Assembly: GCF_009914755.1 (NCBI RefSeq)
Contig: NC_060929.1
Direction: 5' to 3' (one strand)
DNA: 64,000 nt
Source: the human T2T-CHM13v2.0 reference genome, Homo sapiens
Shown: positions 41,571 through 56,849 of the stretch, piece after piece
Numbering within the stretch: the stretch's first letter is position 1
How the letters are laid out: every line of letters begins with the position of its first letter
The notes under the pieces: model-generated
The model's input: the letters and a program-made list of their open reading frames with translations, nothing else
What the model was told of the DNA's origin: nothing
The model's database searches: none
Made by a program: the position numbers and the translations under genes

Positions 41571-44500
41571 GTCCCAATTCTAAATGATTCATCCCAAGTG
41601 CTATACAAAGTGAGCTATAGTAGACTGACTTAAGATGTTTGAGCTGAAAGGGAGCTTCAGATGAACTCCACTGTTCTAGTTCATAGACATGGCCTAGCTG
41701 AGGACATCTGGCACCGAGTTTGAAGCAATTCTTTTAAGTAACAGCTTTCCTGGACAGAGTAAATCTAAGAGCCACCATCAGTAATAGACATTATTGAAGG
41801 TGATAAGCCTTTCAAGGATTGTAAGGGGCTCAACCACTGGCCATGCTGCTGGTTGGAAGTTGAACAAGACGAAAAGGGACACAGAGTTGAGAGGATCCCA
41901 CCAGGCAGAGTTCTGGGAACATGAGAGGCAGCCATATCTCCTTTCTCTGTCCAGGATTACCTCTAAGTATCCAAGACATTGTTGAAAGACAAGTATATTT
42001 GTAGTTTATAGTGAGATCCTAGTGCTGGTAAGACCAGGGACACTGGACATTTCTAAATCCTGCCTGGACCTTCTCATGACATCCCTGAATGATGTATAAA
42101 CACAGGACAATAGGTCTGGGAAGCAAGGCACCACTCTATTATTGGCTGGGCCAGGGCTTTGAACTCCAGTATAGAGCTTTCTGGCAAGGTGTAGCACTGA
42201 GATTAGGCTCAAGGCCTAACCACCAGATGATACAAGCATACCCCACCATGCAAGAGGAAGAGACAGCACCTGTCTGACCTGAAGGGCTGAACCATATGGA
42301 ATTCAGAAGCAGGAAGGACAGAGAACAAAAGTTGGCCAAGCAAGTCTGTCTGGGTCCTTTTGTTGATCTGGTCTTATGAAGCAAAGAAACAAGAGAGGCA
42401 AAACCATGGGCATGATTTTCTAAACTACATGAGGTGCAAAAAATGCAAAACATAGTTGTTGGCCTTAAGGAGTGTAAAATAGAGTCAGTGAGGAAGATTT
42501 ATATGCAGAATAGGCAACTTTGAATAATATAGAAGACATCAGTCAGTGTAAACCCCTTGCAGTTAATGGTGTTTGTTTTCTTTCAGTGTCACTAGCTATA
42601 ATAACTTAAGAGCTCATTTTCTTTTCCCAAGGCCTGGGTCATTAGAGAGACAAGGTTTTCTCATGACCTCTGTCATTTGCCCAGCCCTGCCAAGGTACCT
42701 TGCCACAGAGGGCAGGGCTGTGGCCAGGATCCAGGTGAATGGGTTATCCCATTACAGTGCTAGAGTGGGCCATGTTAGGACAAGCAGTCTTCACGACTCT
42801 CAGGCTCAAGGAAAATTATATGAAACTTGGAACCCAGAATTGCCTGTTTGTTTTGACAGTGGGCCCTGTGCCCTTCTCTACTCTTAATTTATGACAGTTG
42901 CATAGGCATTATGGAAGTAGCAGATGTGGGAAGGACTGTTTAAACATTGACTTTCCTTCTGATACTAATCAAGTTAGTTTTGGACACAGAAATTGGTATG
43001 ACCATGAATTATTCCTTTAGCAAATTGCGAGTTCTTTTTCCATGGATTTATCATGTAATACATGCACACACACACAACTTTGTTTTCTTTATTCCCTTAC
43101 TGCTTATTCTGAAGCTGTCATTTTGGTATCTTTTTCCTCTGCTTACTTTGACTTTCTTTATAATCTTTCTATCTAAGTCCTGACTTCACTCCTTTCCCTC
43201 AGACAACTCACTGAAGGCTCTAGTCTGAGTATTCTTAAATCACACTCTGTTATTTTTAAAGTACAATTTTAGCTCTGTCATGTGTGCCATGTTTTCTAAG
43301 AATTTATGGGCATATTTACATCAGGATCTACCAGATTTTAACAAAATAATCTTAACTCTTTTGCTAGTTTCATTTATGAGACTTTCATTGCACTATGAAC
43401 TTCAACTCTAGAAACAGTGGTGACATGGCTTTGATAATTCTGGAGCCTTTTTAACAGTCTCAAGTGAGCGGGATAATTTTAAAACAAGCTGACCTCCCAA
43501 GTAGAGTACCTGGGCAGCCCTCTGGCTGTAAGTAAGGCTGTGGTCTGTTCTCTTTTCGGTGTAGGCGGAGGGCCATCCCGCTTCAGAGCCCTCACTTCAC
43601 ACACAGGATGTTCCAATGTGGATGATGCAATTCTTATCACAAACAATCTACAAAGGATTGAGATATGTTTAAAATCATTTCCTGGAGTTTGTGGTGATAT
43701 GCACTCTTTCTGTTTGTCTAATCTGAAGGCCTGTTGGAAGAACAATCTGAGCTCATTATGTGACTCAAAAACCAGAGAGAACTGCAATCTCTCTGTGTGA
43801 TGAGGACTGACTGGGAATTAGGGTATTTCCAGTTGTAGAAATGTCTTTCATTCTAACAAGGACTAGTGCATTCTTTTTCCTTAAAGAGAGAGGAGAAATA
43901 GAAAGAACAAGTGTCATAGCAAAAAATAAAAATAAAAAAAATCCACCTATATATGAGCTTATAGTTTTAACTTTTTAATTGAGAAAAACTTTAATAAAGC
44001 TCTACATGTGTTATGAATATAGCATTGTCATCCACAGATGTGCCTATAGGAGAACTTTAAATAAAAAAAAAAGTTTAATTCTATAACAGACATCAAAGAT
44101 TATGTCACGTGATACTTTGATAATAACACCACCTGGTATTTATTGAGTACTCTTTCCTTGCCAAACATGTAATACCCATAATTACTCTAGGAGCTTTGCA
44201 AAATTATTACCCCCTTTACAAATGAGAGGAGTGTGACTCAGAAATGTTAAGTAATTAACCTAAGATTACAGAGCTGATAATTAATAAAGATAGGGGAAGC
44301 TAATGCAAAATGAGACAAAATGTTCCAAATGTACATATTTTTGTAAGTATCCAAGAAGGAGAGTGACAGGATGTAGTTGGCATTTATAAATAATATTTAA
44401 ATTTTATTTTAACATAAACTTTATGAAGTAAGAGAAACTTTCAGAATCTTGAATGAAAAATTCTGTTAGAGAATTTCCAATGTTAGCATCATTGGCTTTA

Positions 44501-44744
44501 CCATCAGCTGTTTCCTGGGCAAAGATGATAGTTACCATCCATCTTTTCATCCTATCATAGACAGGAATTTCTTGTATGAATATACTCAGGAGCCGGAGCA
44601 CAAGGGTTTTACCCTCAGCTTCCCCACCACTCCCTGGGTGACTTTGGGAAAGTCACACAACTTCTCTGGAGCAGAAAGTATGCCATCCTTATCAAACTGG
44701 AATGTTATGAGCACCTTGTGTGAGAATAAAAGTAAAGCACTTCA

Positions 44745-45048
<304 letters not shown>

Positions 45049-45341
45049 CTACCTCTTCCTGTCCCCTCAACCAATTCTCATCTGTCATGGATGAGCTTCC
45101 ATGCATATTGGATTAGCTTCATGAAGTCCATTTCTTCTTCTTGGCCAAGAATGCTATTCTATTCCAATCCTCTTTCCAAAATAATCATGTCTTTGTCTTT
45201 TATGATATAGCCTTTTAAATATTAGCCAATTATCATCCTTTATATCTCTTTCAAAGATAAAAGTCTCTTGCCATTAGGTTGTCCTGGCAGTGCCATTTAA
45301 CATGCCAACTTCATTTATTCACAGAGTTTGCTTATATCTTA

Positions 45342-45818
<477 letters not shown>

Positions 45819-46093
45819 CTCCTTTTATTTTAAATTCATAACATAAATATTCCTTTTCTTCTTCCATTCAATTTTATTTTTTACTCATAACTTAGTCCAG
45901 TGTTTGATTCTATAAAGACATTAGAAATCCAACTGTAATATATTCTTACACTTTTATTTTAACTTTAAATACTTACTGTTAAAAATTTTATAAATACTTA
46001 TTATGCTATTGCTGTACAATTAAGCCATCCTCAGCACTATTAATACAGGTATCCAAAGTGGCATGTCTCATCTCAACAATGACAACCCCCCAA

Positions 46094-46178
46094 GAGGCGG
46101 AGGTTGCAGTGAGCCAAGATCACGTCACTGCACTCCAGCCGGGGCAACAGTGAGACTCCAACTCAAAAAAAAAAAAAA
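46094..46178 (+). mobile_element. Alu 3'-end fragment
   Basis: gaggcggaggttgcagtgagcc...poly-A. Confidence 0.88.
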
Positions 46179-47619
46179 TCTATAGTAGGAAGGACACTTT
46201 AAATATCTCCTGATTTGCTTCTTCGTTCCTTCACTCTGGATACAAGTTTGTGTGTGCACCTACAAACACATGAATACATACACACCCATTGTTTGTGACT
46301 TGCACGTGGGAGAGATATGTTGCTCCAGAATGTCTGCTGTGCTTTAATGATCTATAAAAATCCTCCATGCCTCACCAACAAGTCTTATAATTTTAAGCTT
46401 TCCTCTGTGGTAATGTGTGAATATCTGTTTCTGGAATAAAGTTCATTTACAAAGGTGACTGGGACTTACACACACACCTTCCTAGTATCTAGTTGTCTAA
46501 GACATTTGCATCCATCTAACTCCATCTAAAGAAGGATCTGGGGAATGCTAAGTGGCACAAGTGGCAACTATTTATTAACTTGCTGTGCCCCATATGATGG
46601 GAAAGCAAACAGTGCTTCTCTAGAAGAGTTCTAAGGGAACTTAATATGGTAAAAAGAACCAGCAATTTTGAACAAAAGGGCAGGGGTGCAGATATATAGG
46701 TTTTGCTTTCACTTAGACCCTTGAAGTCAGTTTCTTTAAATGAAAACATAAATAGTTATACACTTGACCTCACAGAGTGTTTATAAGGATCAAAGGAGAT
46801 AATGCACATAAAAAATGCTTTATGAGCTATAAAGCAGTTTACAAATGTTGCTATTCCAGTTTTTATCATTGATGAAACAACCATCTGCCAAAGCACCTAG
46901 TTGAAAGGTACTAGCTCATGAGCTTTGATTTGCAAAATGTGATGGTCTTAACATTATCCCCCTCTCTCCCTCCAATAGCCAAGAACAGGAATTTGTATCA
47001 TCACAAGGCTTTAGGGTTAGTATTTTAGCTTTTGATTTTAAATTCAAGAAAACTGCATGTCGGATGAGAGGAAGTAACATAATTAGTTTTTATTGATTAT
47101 ATTTCTTCTAGTGCCAAAGCCAATTTCTGGAATTTTTATGAGACAGAACAGTAAGCTTAAGATGTTTTAGCAATAGTGAAGTCAGTGGACTCTTTATCGT
47201 GAAACGGAAAGATGCTGAGGATCTAGCCATCCCGCTAACTGAGGAGACAATGTGGAAGCCTAAGAAGTCTGAGGCAGCATAATGAGGCCTAAATACTAAA
47301 ATTGCCTTTCAATATATGCCAAAGAATTTAACTATTAAATTTATGATAGCAGTATTTCCAAATAAAACCTAAAAAATGAAATGACTCTTTTTACCTGTCT
47401 TCCTTCTTCCCAGAGACGGGCAGCCTTCACGGGTGAATTCTTTCCATCACAAATTCATTTTATGTTTACCAGCAGAAAGCAGGTACCATTTAGAGCTCAC
47501 CAAGCACCTTGTGTTGTCCGTGGCCTGGAACTAAACAATATAAGAAACAATATTTATATTTATATACTATAGACTTGGAAAATTTTTACGTGCATGTAGA
47601 TACAATAAGTTTCTAATCC

Positions 47620-48720
47620 AAAGTAAAATATCCCCTTGGATGGCTCATAGACCTCTCAAACTTAAAATATCTCACAGTGAACTCTTGAGCTCCCCCTATC
47701 GCAAAATCTTGCTCTACTGACAGCATCCCCTTTAATCTGATGGTAGTGACTAGTTTCTTTTAGCTTCTCAGCCAAACACCTTTAGGCTGTCTTTGACTCG
47801 TATTCATTCATTCATTCATTCATTCATTCATTCATTGAAAGACCAACTCCTCAAGAAGTCCTGCTGCCCCTACCATCACACTCTATCTAAAACAAGACCA
47901 CCTCTTACCACTTTCCCTTCTGCCAGCCCTGTATGAGCACTCCATCATCTGTTGCCTGGATGATTGCAGTTGTCTTCTAAGTACTTTACATGACTCACCT
48001 GTGCTTCAATACAATCATTCCCAACAGTGTGGCCTTCAAAATTCTTCTACAATATGTCAGATCACATCATGCTGTACTCAAAACCCTCCAATGGCATTCT
48101 CATTTCCCTCAGTTGGAAAGCTGAGGCCTTCTATTAATCATTACGTACAAGTCACTACATGATCTATCATTACCAGTAGGACTACCATCTCCTTCCACTA
48201 TCCCCCTCACTCATTCTGTTCCAGCCACAGGGCTTTTGCATTTGCTGTTCCCGCAGCCTAGACTATTCTGCCACTAGAGTCTTAAGGTTTACTCTTTAAC
48301 CTTCTTCAAGTTTTTACTTAAATATTACCTTCTCAGTGAGGCCTTCCCTGACCATTCCGATAAAGATTATACTGCTCTCCACCCCACACTCCTAACTCCA
48401 GCCTGCTTATTTTTCTCCCAAAGCACTGATCACTACCACTATATGGTTTACTTACTTATTACATTTACTGTCTATTTTCTCCCACTAGAATGTAAGCTCC
48501 TCAGGCTAGAAACTTTTTTTACTGATTTATTCACTAGTATATCCTCAGTACCTAGAATGAGGTCTGGTACATAATAGGTCTGGCCACCACGTATAGACTC
48601 ACAGATTGTATACTGCACAAGGCCTGGACACACCATTCAAGGAATGGTGTCCCCTGGGGTTGTGTACCATTTCAGTCCCCAAGAGCCCAATAAACATTTG
48701 TTATAAAATTGAATAAAACA
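47620..48720 (+). mobile_element. L2 3' region containing (TTCA)n at ~47802-47835
   Basis: cagatcacatcat...ctcaaaaccctccaatggc, cactagaatgtaagctcc, cagtacctagaa. Confidence 0.7.
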
Positions 48721-50093
48721 AAATGTTTTGCCCTACTATTTTAAGTACATCTCTGTCAGTAATCTCTGGTAAAATCTCTAGTATTGAAGAAAACACTTGG
48801 AGAATTTACAGACTCACAGACCAAAGGAAGATATTTATAACAGCCCCTAGATTGTGGGTTTAAAACTGTCCTACCTACACCACCATAAATACTGCTTGCT
48901 AACTAAACAAAGTATTTTGAATTCCACTGGAGGTAGGCAAATTGGCTGTGTTTTGAAAGTCTACATAATCACTATTTTCCCACAAGATAATTGAACAGTA
49001 AGTGTTATTTAAAGTAGTCTTGGAAGAATTCCCAGTTTCACTGGAGGAAAAGAAAAGTTTATATCTTGGGATTTTGTTTTGTTTTGAGAATCAGCACACA
49101 TGCCTGTTCATGCAACTCTTTTGTCTGGTTGGGATTAAATTAAATCCATTACTTCAAAGAGGTTTCGCCATACTTCAACAGGTATACTCACCAACATATC
49201 CAATTTCCCACCTTGGTAACAGTTTCTCTTGGTGTGTCTCTTCCTGCACGTAAAATTTCATAGAGAAATATAACAGCCTCCCTCATCTTCCTGTCTGATT
49301 AATTTAAGAATGCCACAATTTTCTTGGAATAGCCTCTTGGTGATGTCATAGCCTCTTCTTATGAGGGTGAGTTGTCAGGAACTAGGATTTCACCGAGGCC
49401 TTAGGGTGTGAATGAGGAGGAGAGTCTGCTGGAAATGTTTCTAATAAAGAAGGTAAGCAAAGGTCAGTGACTTCTCTGTAGTCACCAACATGACCTGTAG
49501 CCTACTTATTAATGTGGTTCACAATATTTAAGAAATGAGTCATATATGATGAGGAAACCCTTGTTCTTCAAGAGTTACCAAAGTGGTCTGGTTTTCCACT
49601 ATTTTCTATTGCCTTGTGTTAAGAGTTTAAGATAGCATAATACTGTCAGAGATGTATTTGCATGTATCTTTCAGGGAATTTCAAGTGCTTCCACATCCTT
49701 CTTGTTAAGTGCCACACAACTGCACAGATGCTTACTTTTCTCTTCTTTCTGATTAAATTAGAAGAGCTGCAGTTTTCACAGAGGTGGTCATGATGTTATG
49801 ACCCCTCCTGTGCTGCAAGGTTATCAAATCCTGAATTCTTAGAAAAGGTGGTAGGAGGTGACAGGGGGAGTGTCCAGGGAGTGCTTAGTTGAGAGAAAAA
49901 AACCAAACAGTCTTCTCAGGAAGAAAATAGCTAGTTGTTGCAGCTTTGCTACCAGAGGCTCTGATAAAAAAAAAAAAAAAAAACAGTTAAATTTTAGATC
50001 AGACACACTTCTCTGTTGTTTCTCAGCAAGCCTCTCTCGGGCTGTGGTGAGGATGGTTGGAAATGTGCATAATAGAATCACCTGAATTTGGTA

Positions 50094-50191
50094 TTTGCAT
50101 TTGGTATTGTCTGAACATACCCTGTTCCTACCTGTCATTGGGTTTGTATTTGGTGTTGTCTGAACATGCCTTGTTCCTACCTGCCATTGAG
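50094..50191 (+). repeat. Tandem duplication, 2 x 49 bp
   Basis: tttgcatttggtattgtctgaacataccctgttcctacctgtcattggg / tttgtatttggtgttgtctgaacatgccttgttcctacctgccattgag. Confidence 0.9.
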
Positions 50192-50569
50192 AACAGTGTA
50201 GCCTAGGCCCCACAGTATGGATGTACCCTCCCAGGACAGCTGTGCTTCGTGTCCAGTCTGCAGCCCCTTCATATATCACACAGCCACACACCCCTTCACA
50301 TAAGTGTGGCCTGACTCCCTGTGTCTGGTTTCTAATCCATGCTAGTTCTAGAACCCACCTCATCTGCTAAGATCATTTTCCCAATCTGGGCCCTCTGCCA
50401 GGACTTCCTGCAGCTAAGAGGAAGGACACTAGCCTAAGGGTTAAGAACCTGGGCTTCCGCACTTGGTTTTCACTAGCCATGGGAACATGAGCAAGTCACT
50501 CATCAATCTGTGTCTCAGTGATTCCATCTGTAAAATGAAGTGTAAAATGGGGATAAGATCATCCCCGGT

Positions 50570-50870
50570 GGCCAGGCACAGTGGCTCACACCTGTAATCC
50601 CAGTGTTTTAGGAGGCCAAGGAGGGTGGATCACTTGAAGTCAGGAGTTCCAGACCAGCCTGGCCAACATGATGAAATGCCATCTCTATTAAAAAAGTGCA
50701 AAAGATAGCTGGGCATAGTGGTACATGTCTATAATCCCAGCTATTCAGGAGGCTGAGGCAGGAGAATTACTTGAACCCAGGAAGTGGAGGTTACAGTGAG
50801 CCAAGATCATGCCACTGCACTCCAGCCTGAGTGACAAAAGACGAGACCATCTCAAAAATAATAATAATAA
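50570..50870 (+). mobile_element. AluS inserted in a MIR
   Basis: Full Alu. MIR core (gcaagtcact...ctgtaaaatg) upstream continues downstream. Confidence 0.92.
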
Positions 50871-51259
50871 TTTCTGGCTTCTTCTGCAGATGAAATTAGA
50901 TAATCTTTGGAAAGGCTTACACATAGTACCAGATGTTGTAAAATTTACTATAATTAATAGGAATTAATTAATGAATGCCAAGGGGCAGAGCCACACTTCC
51001 TATGATAGTTCCTTGCTATAAGGTGCTATTTTGTTCTCTACATTTACTCCATAGTAAGCTTTTGTTTGAGAAAAAAATGCCAGTTTGGTGCGTAGTAGAT
51101 ACGCAGAGGCTGAGAAAGGAACAGATGACACAATAACACAATGGTAACAGAATGTATAATGCTTCCCTCTCAACTTGGTTGATTTGTTTTTTTTACATTT
51201 ACTTGGACCAAACAAGCAAAAATACATGCTCCCCAGAAGAACAGAAATAAGGATTTTCT

Positions 51260-51639
<380 letters not shown>

Positions 51640-53325
51640 TCAACAAGTGGTTATTCATTGCTACAGGCACAGAATTCCTAGCCCTCATGTACCTTTCCTC
51701 TCTAGTGAGGGATTTAGTCAGTAGGAAGGCAGCTATGGGGCAATATGATTTTTTTTAATGGGATGTGGAAAGGTCAGAGGCTATGTAGGTACTTAGGGTT
51801 ACCTCGAGTTAAAAGAGCCGGGGGACTTCCTAGAGGAAGTGGTGTCAAACAGGAGATCAAACTAATGAGTAGACATTGCCAGGCAAGAAACAGCATGTAT
51901 GAAGGTTTAGAAGCAACAGAGACTCTAATTTGAAGGAGAAGCTAAATTCGATATGACTGAAATGTGATTTCAGGAAGACACATAGAAAAAGCCAGGTTTA
52001 GAGAAGAAAGAGTCAGATTCTTTCCTTTTTACACTTTAAGATATGTCCAGCATGCAAAAATCAGAGTTAATGCTGTGTAATACTACTATGAAATGAAGAC
52101 CTGTACAGATGGAGAAAATCAAGGCTCTGGAAGACAATTTTCTTGGTACCGACTCTATAAGATTCCTAATTTCTTCTGAGCTATCATGAATTTGAAAGAC
52201 ATCAGATATGCTCAAACACGCGTTCCAATTCTGCACTGGTTCCCTCCCTTCATTAAAGTGGCTATTGGGACTTACTAACATCCAACATTCAGATTTCTAT
52301 CTTTTTCAAAAGCCTTAACCTATCTGCCTGGTATTATTGTAAACCTAACTATGGTAATATTTTAAAAGGTAAATTATGGTAAATTATTAGCTCATAAGAA
52401 GAAAAAATCTTTCAACTCTAACGTTAAGGCTGACTGAATTAAAGTGTGCTAGAGTGTTCTATATTAGTTTGAGAATAATTTTATAAGATGAACGAGGAGA
52501 GAACTTATTACTGAACTATTAACTTTCAAAATAATCTGCATTTTCCTTTTTCCCTAAGTGTTCATGCTATTCTGTCTGCTAATACTTCAGGTTAAAACCT
52601 TCATCCTTTGGTGTCCATTTTTGTAACCTTGGACCATTTTAATGTTTTTTCTACTGGTAAACTAGATCATATATTCCAGGTCATTTGGATTTTTATTTTA
52701 CTTGTCACATATATCTAGTTTTACTAGATTTAGAAGACAGCAGTCTGCTTTAATCCTTTTGTATCTACCGTACCTCAACATGGGGCATATGTTGTTTAAA
52801 TGATAATTATAAAATATATATACAGAAGGCTCATGAAAGAATTTTAGTTTCTTTGATATTTTAACCCTTCCCAATACTGACATGAAAAAAAATGGAAGCA
52901 AATATGCTTCCATATTAATTGAATGCTGCTGAGTAACCTGCTGCAGTTTCTAAAGATCAAACTGATACCTGGGCTCTTTCTGTGCAATCTTCTGTGGTTC
53001 TAAGTGTCAGGTGAGTGCTTCTGCAAGAAAACCCATATTCTCTAGGTGAAGTTCTGAAGGAAATGAAACTAACCGAAGGAAGGACGTAAACACCAATCTC
53101 ATCCTGTATTCTAGATATATGCACTTTGTTACACATAAAGATAGCTTGTAATGTATTTGTTCTGTATTTTTGCTAAGTATCCTCTTATAAAGACAGTTAG
53201 CATAAAGCCACTAAGATAAGATATCTGCTCTCTAAATGAGTCAACATATGAAAATGCTTAGGGCATAGAAAGCACTCAGCAAAGGCTAGTTGTTGTTCTT
53301 GGTTTAAATTTGGTTTCATTCTTTA

Positions 53326-53650
53326 GAGCTGTGCTGAACAATACGTAGCCACGAGCCACATGTGACTACTGAGCACTTGAAATGCTACTTTTCCATATTG
53401 AGATGTGCTCTAAGTGTAAAATCTACACTGAAGTTCAAAGACTTAGGAAAAATGAATGTCAAATATCTCATTACTAATTTTGATATTGCATGCTAGTTTG
53501 GATATATTGAGTTAAATAAAATATATTTTTAAAATTAATTTCACCTGTTGCTTTTTATGTTCTTAATGTAGCTGGCTACTAGAAAATTTGAAATTATATA
53601 TGTGGCTAATATTCGTAGCTTGCATTATATTTCTATTGGACAGCATTGCT
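53326..53650. mobile_element. MER33/MER3-type hAT DNA transposon
   Basis: gtagccacgagccacatgtgactactgagcacttgaaatg ... tatttctattggacagca; ~325 bp. Confidence 0.78.
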
Positions 53651-53871
53651 TTAGAGAGACTTTCTAGGGTGTGTGGCAATGCAGCGGTGTTACAGACATT
53701 GATCAAAGCTCTCTATCAGCTAAGCAGAAAGGCAGCAGGTCAAATCATAGCTGAACAAATATAAACTGTTCACATTGAAATTTAAATGTGTTTTTCACTG
53801 TTTGTGATCAGGTTTATCTTTAAGAAACTATACTTAATACTTTGTGTCTAATAAAAAAAATGTGTTTCTAG

Positions 53872-53981
53872 GTTACTGGTTGGTTCACCCTGGAGTGGCT
53901 TTCCTGAGAACCGAATGGGAGATGTGTATAAATGTCCTGTTGACCTATCCACTGCCACATGTGAAAAACTAAATTTGCAAA
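53872..53981 (+). CDS. ITGA2: ITGA2 coding exon 3 (LLVGSPWSGFPENRMGDVYKCPVDLSTATCEKLNLQ)
   Basis: Acceptor tgtgtttctag, donor AAA|GTAAGT; 110 nt. Contains the LLVGSP / GDVYKC beta-propeller signature. Confidence 0.97.
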
Positions 53982-55694
53982 GTAAGTTTAAATTTACTTG
54001 CAAGGCATGTGAGTTGTCTTAGACTCAACTGAAAAATAACATCAGAACAATCATTGTTCTGTCTTAAAGAAATACAGACAGCTTTTTTTTGCCCTTATGT
54101 CTTTAGTAATATGGGGCACAATCATATCCAAATTTCCAAAACAGTTTGGAGACTTGACTTAACAAGATGCGTGGAAAATGTGCTATCTCCTGGACCATTT
54201 ACCTACAGACCATGGACTGGTTTCCATCAACATTTAGAATAATTTTGATGATTACTTGCAGAATCAAGGCTATCCTTGAATCCGAGGCTATCCATATTTC
54301 TTTCTCTCCTCTTTGCAAAATAAACCATTAAGTTTGGAAACATCAGTACAAGGGCTGAGTTTGGAGGCACCAAAAACACTCTGTGTTTCTTGTTATGTCT
54401 AAATGATGGCATTCTAATAAAACAAATCCACAATTTGGAATTATTTGCTGTTTTAATTATCCCCATCTCAGATGCCTCCTATTAATGCCAAAAATTTACT
54501 AAAGGTTCAAGGGTAGACAGCTAAATGAGTGACATTTCCATGTAATATGCTGATACAAGTAAAAAGTCACTCAATTTGATCATCATTACATCAGCAGCAG
54601 CAGCAGCCTAAAAAAAACAGCCCTGAGGAATCACGGAGTTCCTCTGAAGAATTGAGGCATGAATTAGAAAAGAGTGTTGTGAAAATCAAGGGAAAGAAGA
54701 GTTTCAAAAATAGTGATTAAGACTTGGAAACAAGGGCAGTGGTGTTTCTTGCATATCTCTGTAGACCTAATATCTAGAATAATTTATGGCACATAATAGG
54801 GCTCAATAAACATATTTTCAGTGAAGTAGAAGGAATATCAGTAGTGTCAAATGCTACAGAAGTTGAAGGGGATGAGGACTGAGTAAATGTCTTCAGCTTA
54901 TTTAAGCAGGTTGTGGGTGATCTAGATCAGTGATCTCCAAATTTTTTGAACACTCAGTATATATATATATATATTTCTAATAACACAAATATATACATTT
55001 GGAGTGAGTGTTCAAAGCTTTATTATATAGTCCAAAAATTTAGTATATCACCCCTAACATTTCATATCACCCTTAACTTCTGAACACTCATTCTTAATGT
55101 ATATATTTTTATTATTTTTAAAGCTATATACATGTACTGGCCTATCTTCTCAATAATACCTTCACATAAAAATAAATTTTAAAGAATAACAACATGCCCA
55201 TAGAAGTTCTATTATTTTCTGTCTTCACTCTAACAGATCATATTTTGTGTAACTTACTCACCTAGAGGATAAATCCACCAGTGTTATGGGGAGAAAATAG
55301 ATAACAAAGAATTTAGGAGTGTGTCAGTAGTGAATGTACAAGGAGTGAAAGTTGACCTCCATTTCCAGAAGTTCAGCAGTGAAGGGGGAGCTGGGAAAAA
55401 CAATTCTATGGGATAGCAGTGTGAGAAGATTTTTCTAGTAAACAAGAGATGATACTTTTTGTAGGGAACATGGAGGCAGCAGTAAAAAGGGATGATTTGT
55501 CCAGGATAGAGTTAACTGATTAAAATTAATGTCATTTGTACCTGAGAAATAGAGTCTTAAAAAGAGTTCTTCCTTCTCTAAGACACAAAGGAAGGAGAGA
55601 AAAATTAGGAGTTCTAAGAATGATCTTTACACAATGATTAGAGAAACTGAGATTACCCTGGAAGTCTGATTCATCTTCTCTGCAGTAGTCGTTA

Positions 55695-56180
<486 letters not shown>

Positions 56181-56757
56181 TTACTAAAGAGAATTGCAAT
56201 GTTCGATAACTCAAGAATGGATACAGTGGTTGATGCCTTAGGTCAGTGGAAGACAGGAGGGGGAGAGATTTATTTAGTATATTATATGACTCGTCTAATT
56301 TCCTTTTAACATTCACCCACTATTGCTTTGAGCCAGATTCTATCATAGGGCATTCTTTGATAACACTTCAAGGATATTTTTACTGACCCAGAAAAAAAAA
56401 AAGGCATTAGATAGAGCTACTGTGACTTTCAAAAAAGAGGCAAAAATGATGTCCTCAAATGTGTTTTGTTTTGCTAGAATATTGTAAAAAAAATCATAAT
56501 TAAACATCTATAAGTCATACCCTCTCCAGAGCCCACTCCTTACTGTCTTATGCTCTGCAGCCTCACACATTAATGTGCGTTACCAGATCACTGAAAGCAT
56601 CGCGTTTCCCCACACTTCATTATATAACTCAAGTACCTATATTGATGACACTAAATTCAATGCTACATGCAAACATGGGTGTGCCTGTTTTCTTTTAATA
56701 TCTTTAAGTAAACGAGGAATTTTTAATCACTTTTAAAAATTGTTTTCCCTTTGAAAG

Positions 56758-56849
56758 CTTCAACAAGCATTCCAAATGTTACTGAGATGAAAACCAACAT
56801 GAGCCTCGGCTTGATCCTCACCAGGAACATGGGAACTGGAGGTTTTCTC
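56758..56849 (+). CDS. ITGA2: ITGA2 coding exon 4 (TSTSIPNVTEMKTNMSLGLILTRNMGTGGFL)
   Basis: Acceptor ttttccctttgaaag, donor CTC|GTGAGT; 92 nt. Two N-glycosylation sequons (NVT, NMS). Confidence 0.96.

Noticed and set aside
49839-50363. 174-aa minus-strand ORF in non-Alu sequence
   Set aside because: It runs through a poly-A/T tract and the tandem duplication, with no recognisable domain or splice support.
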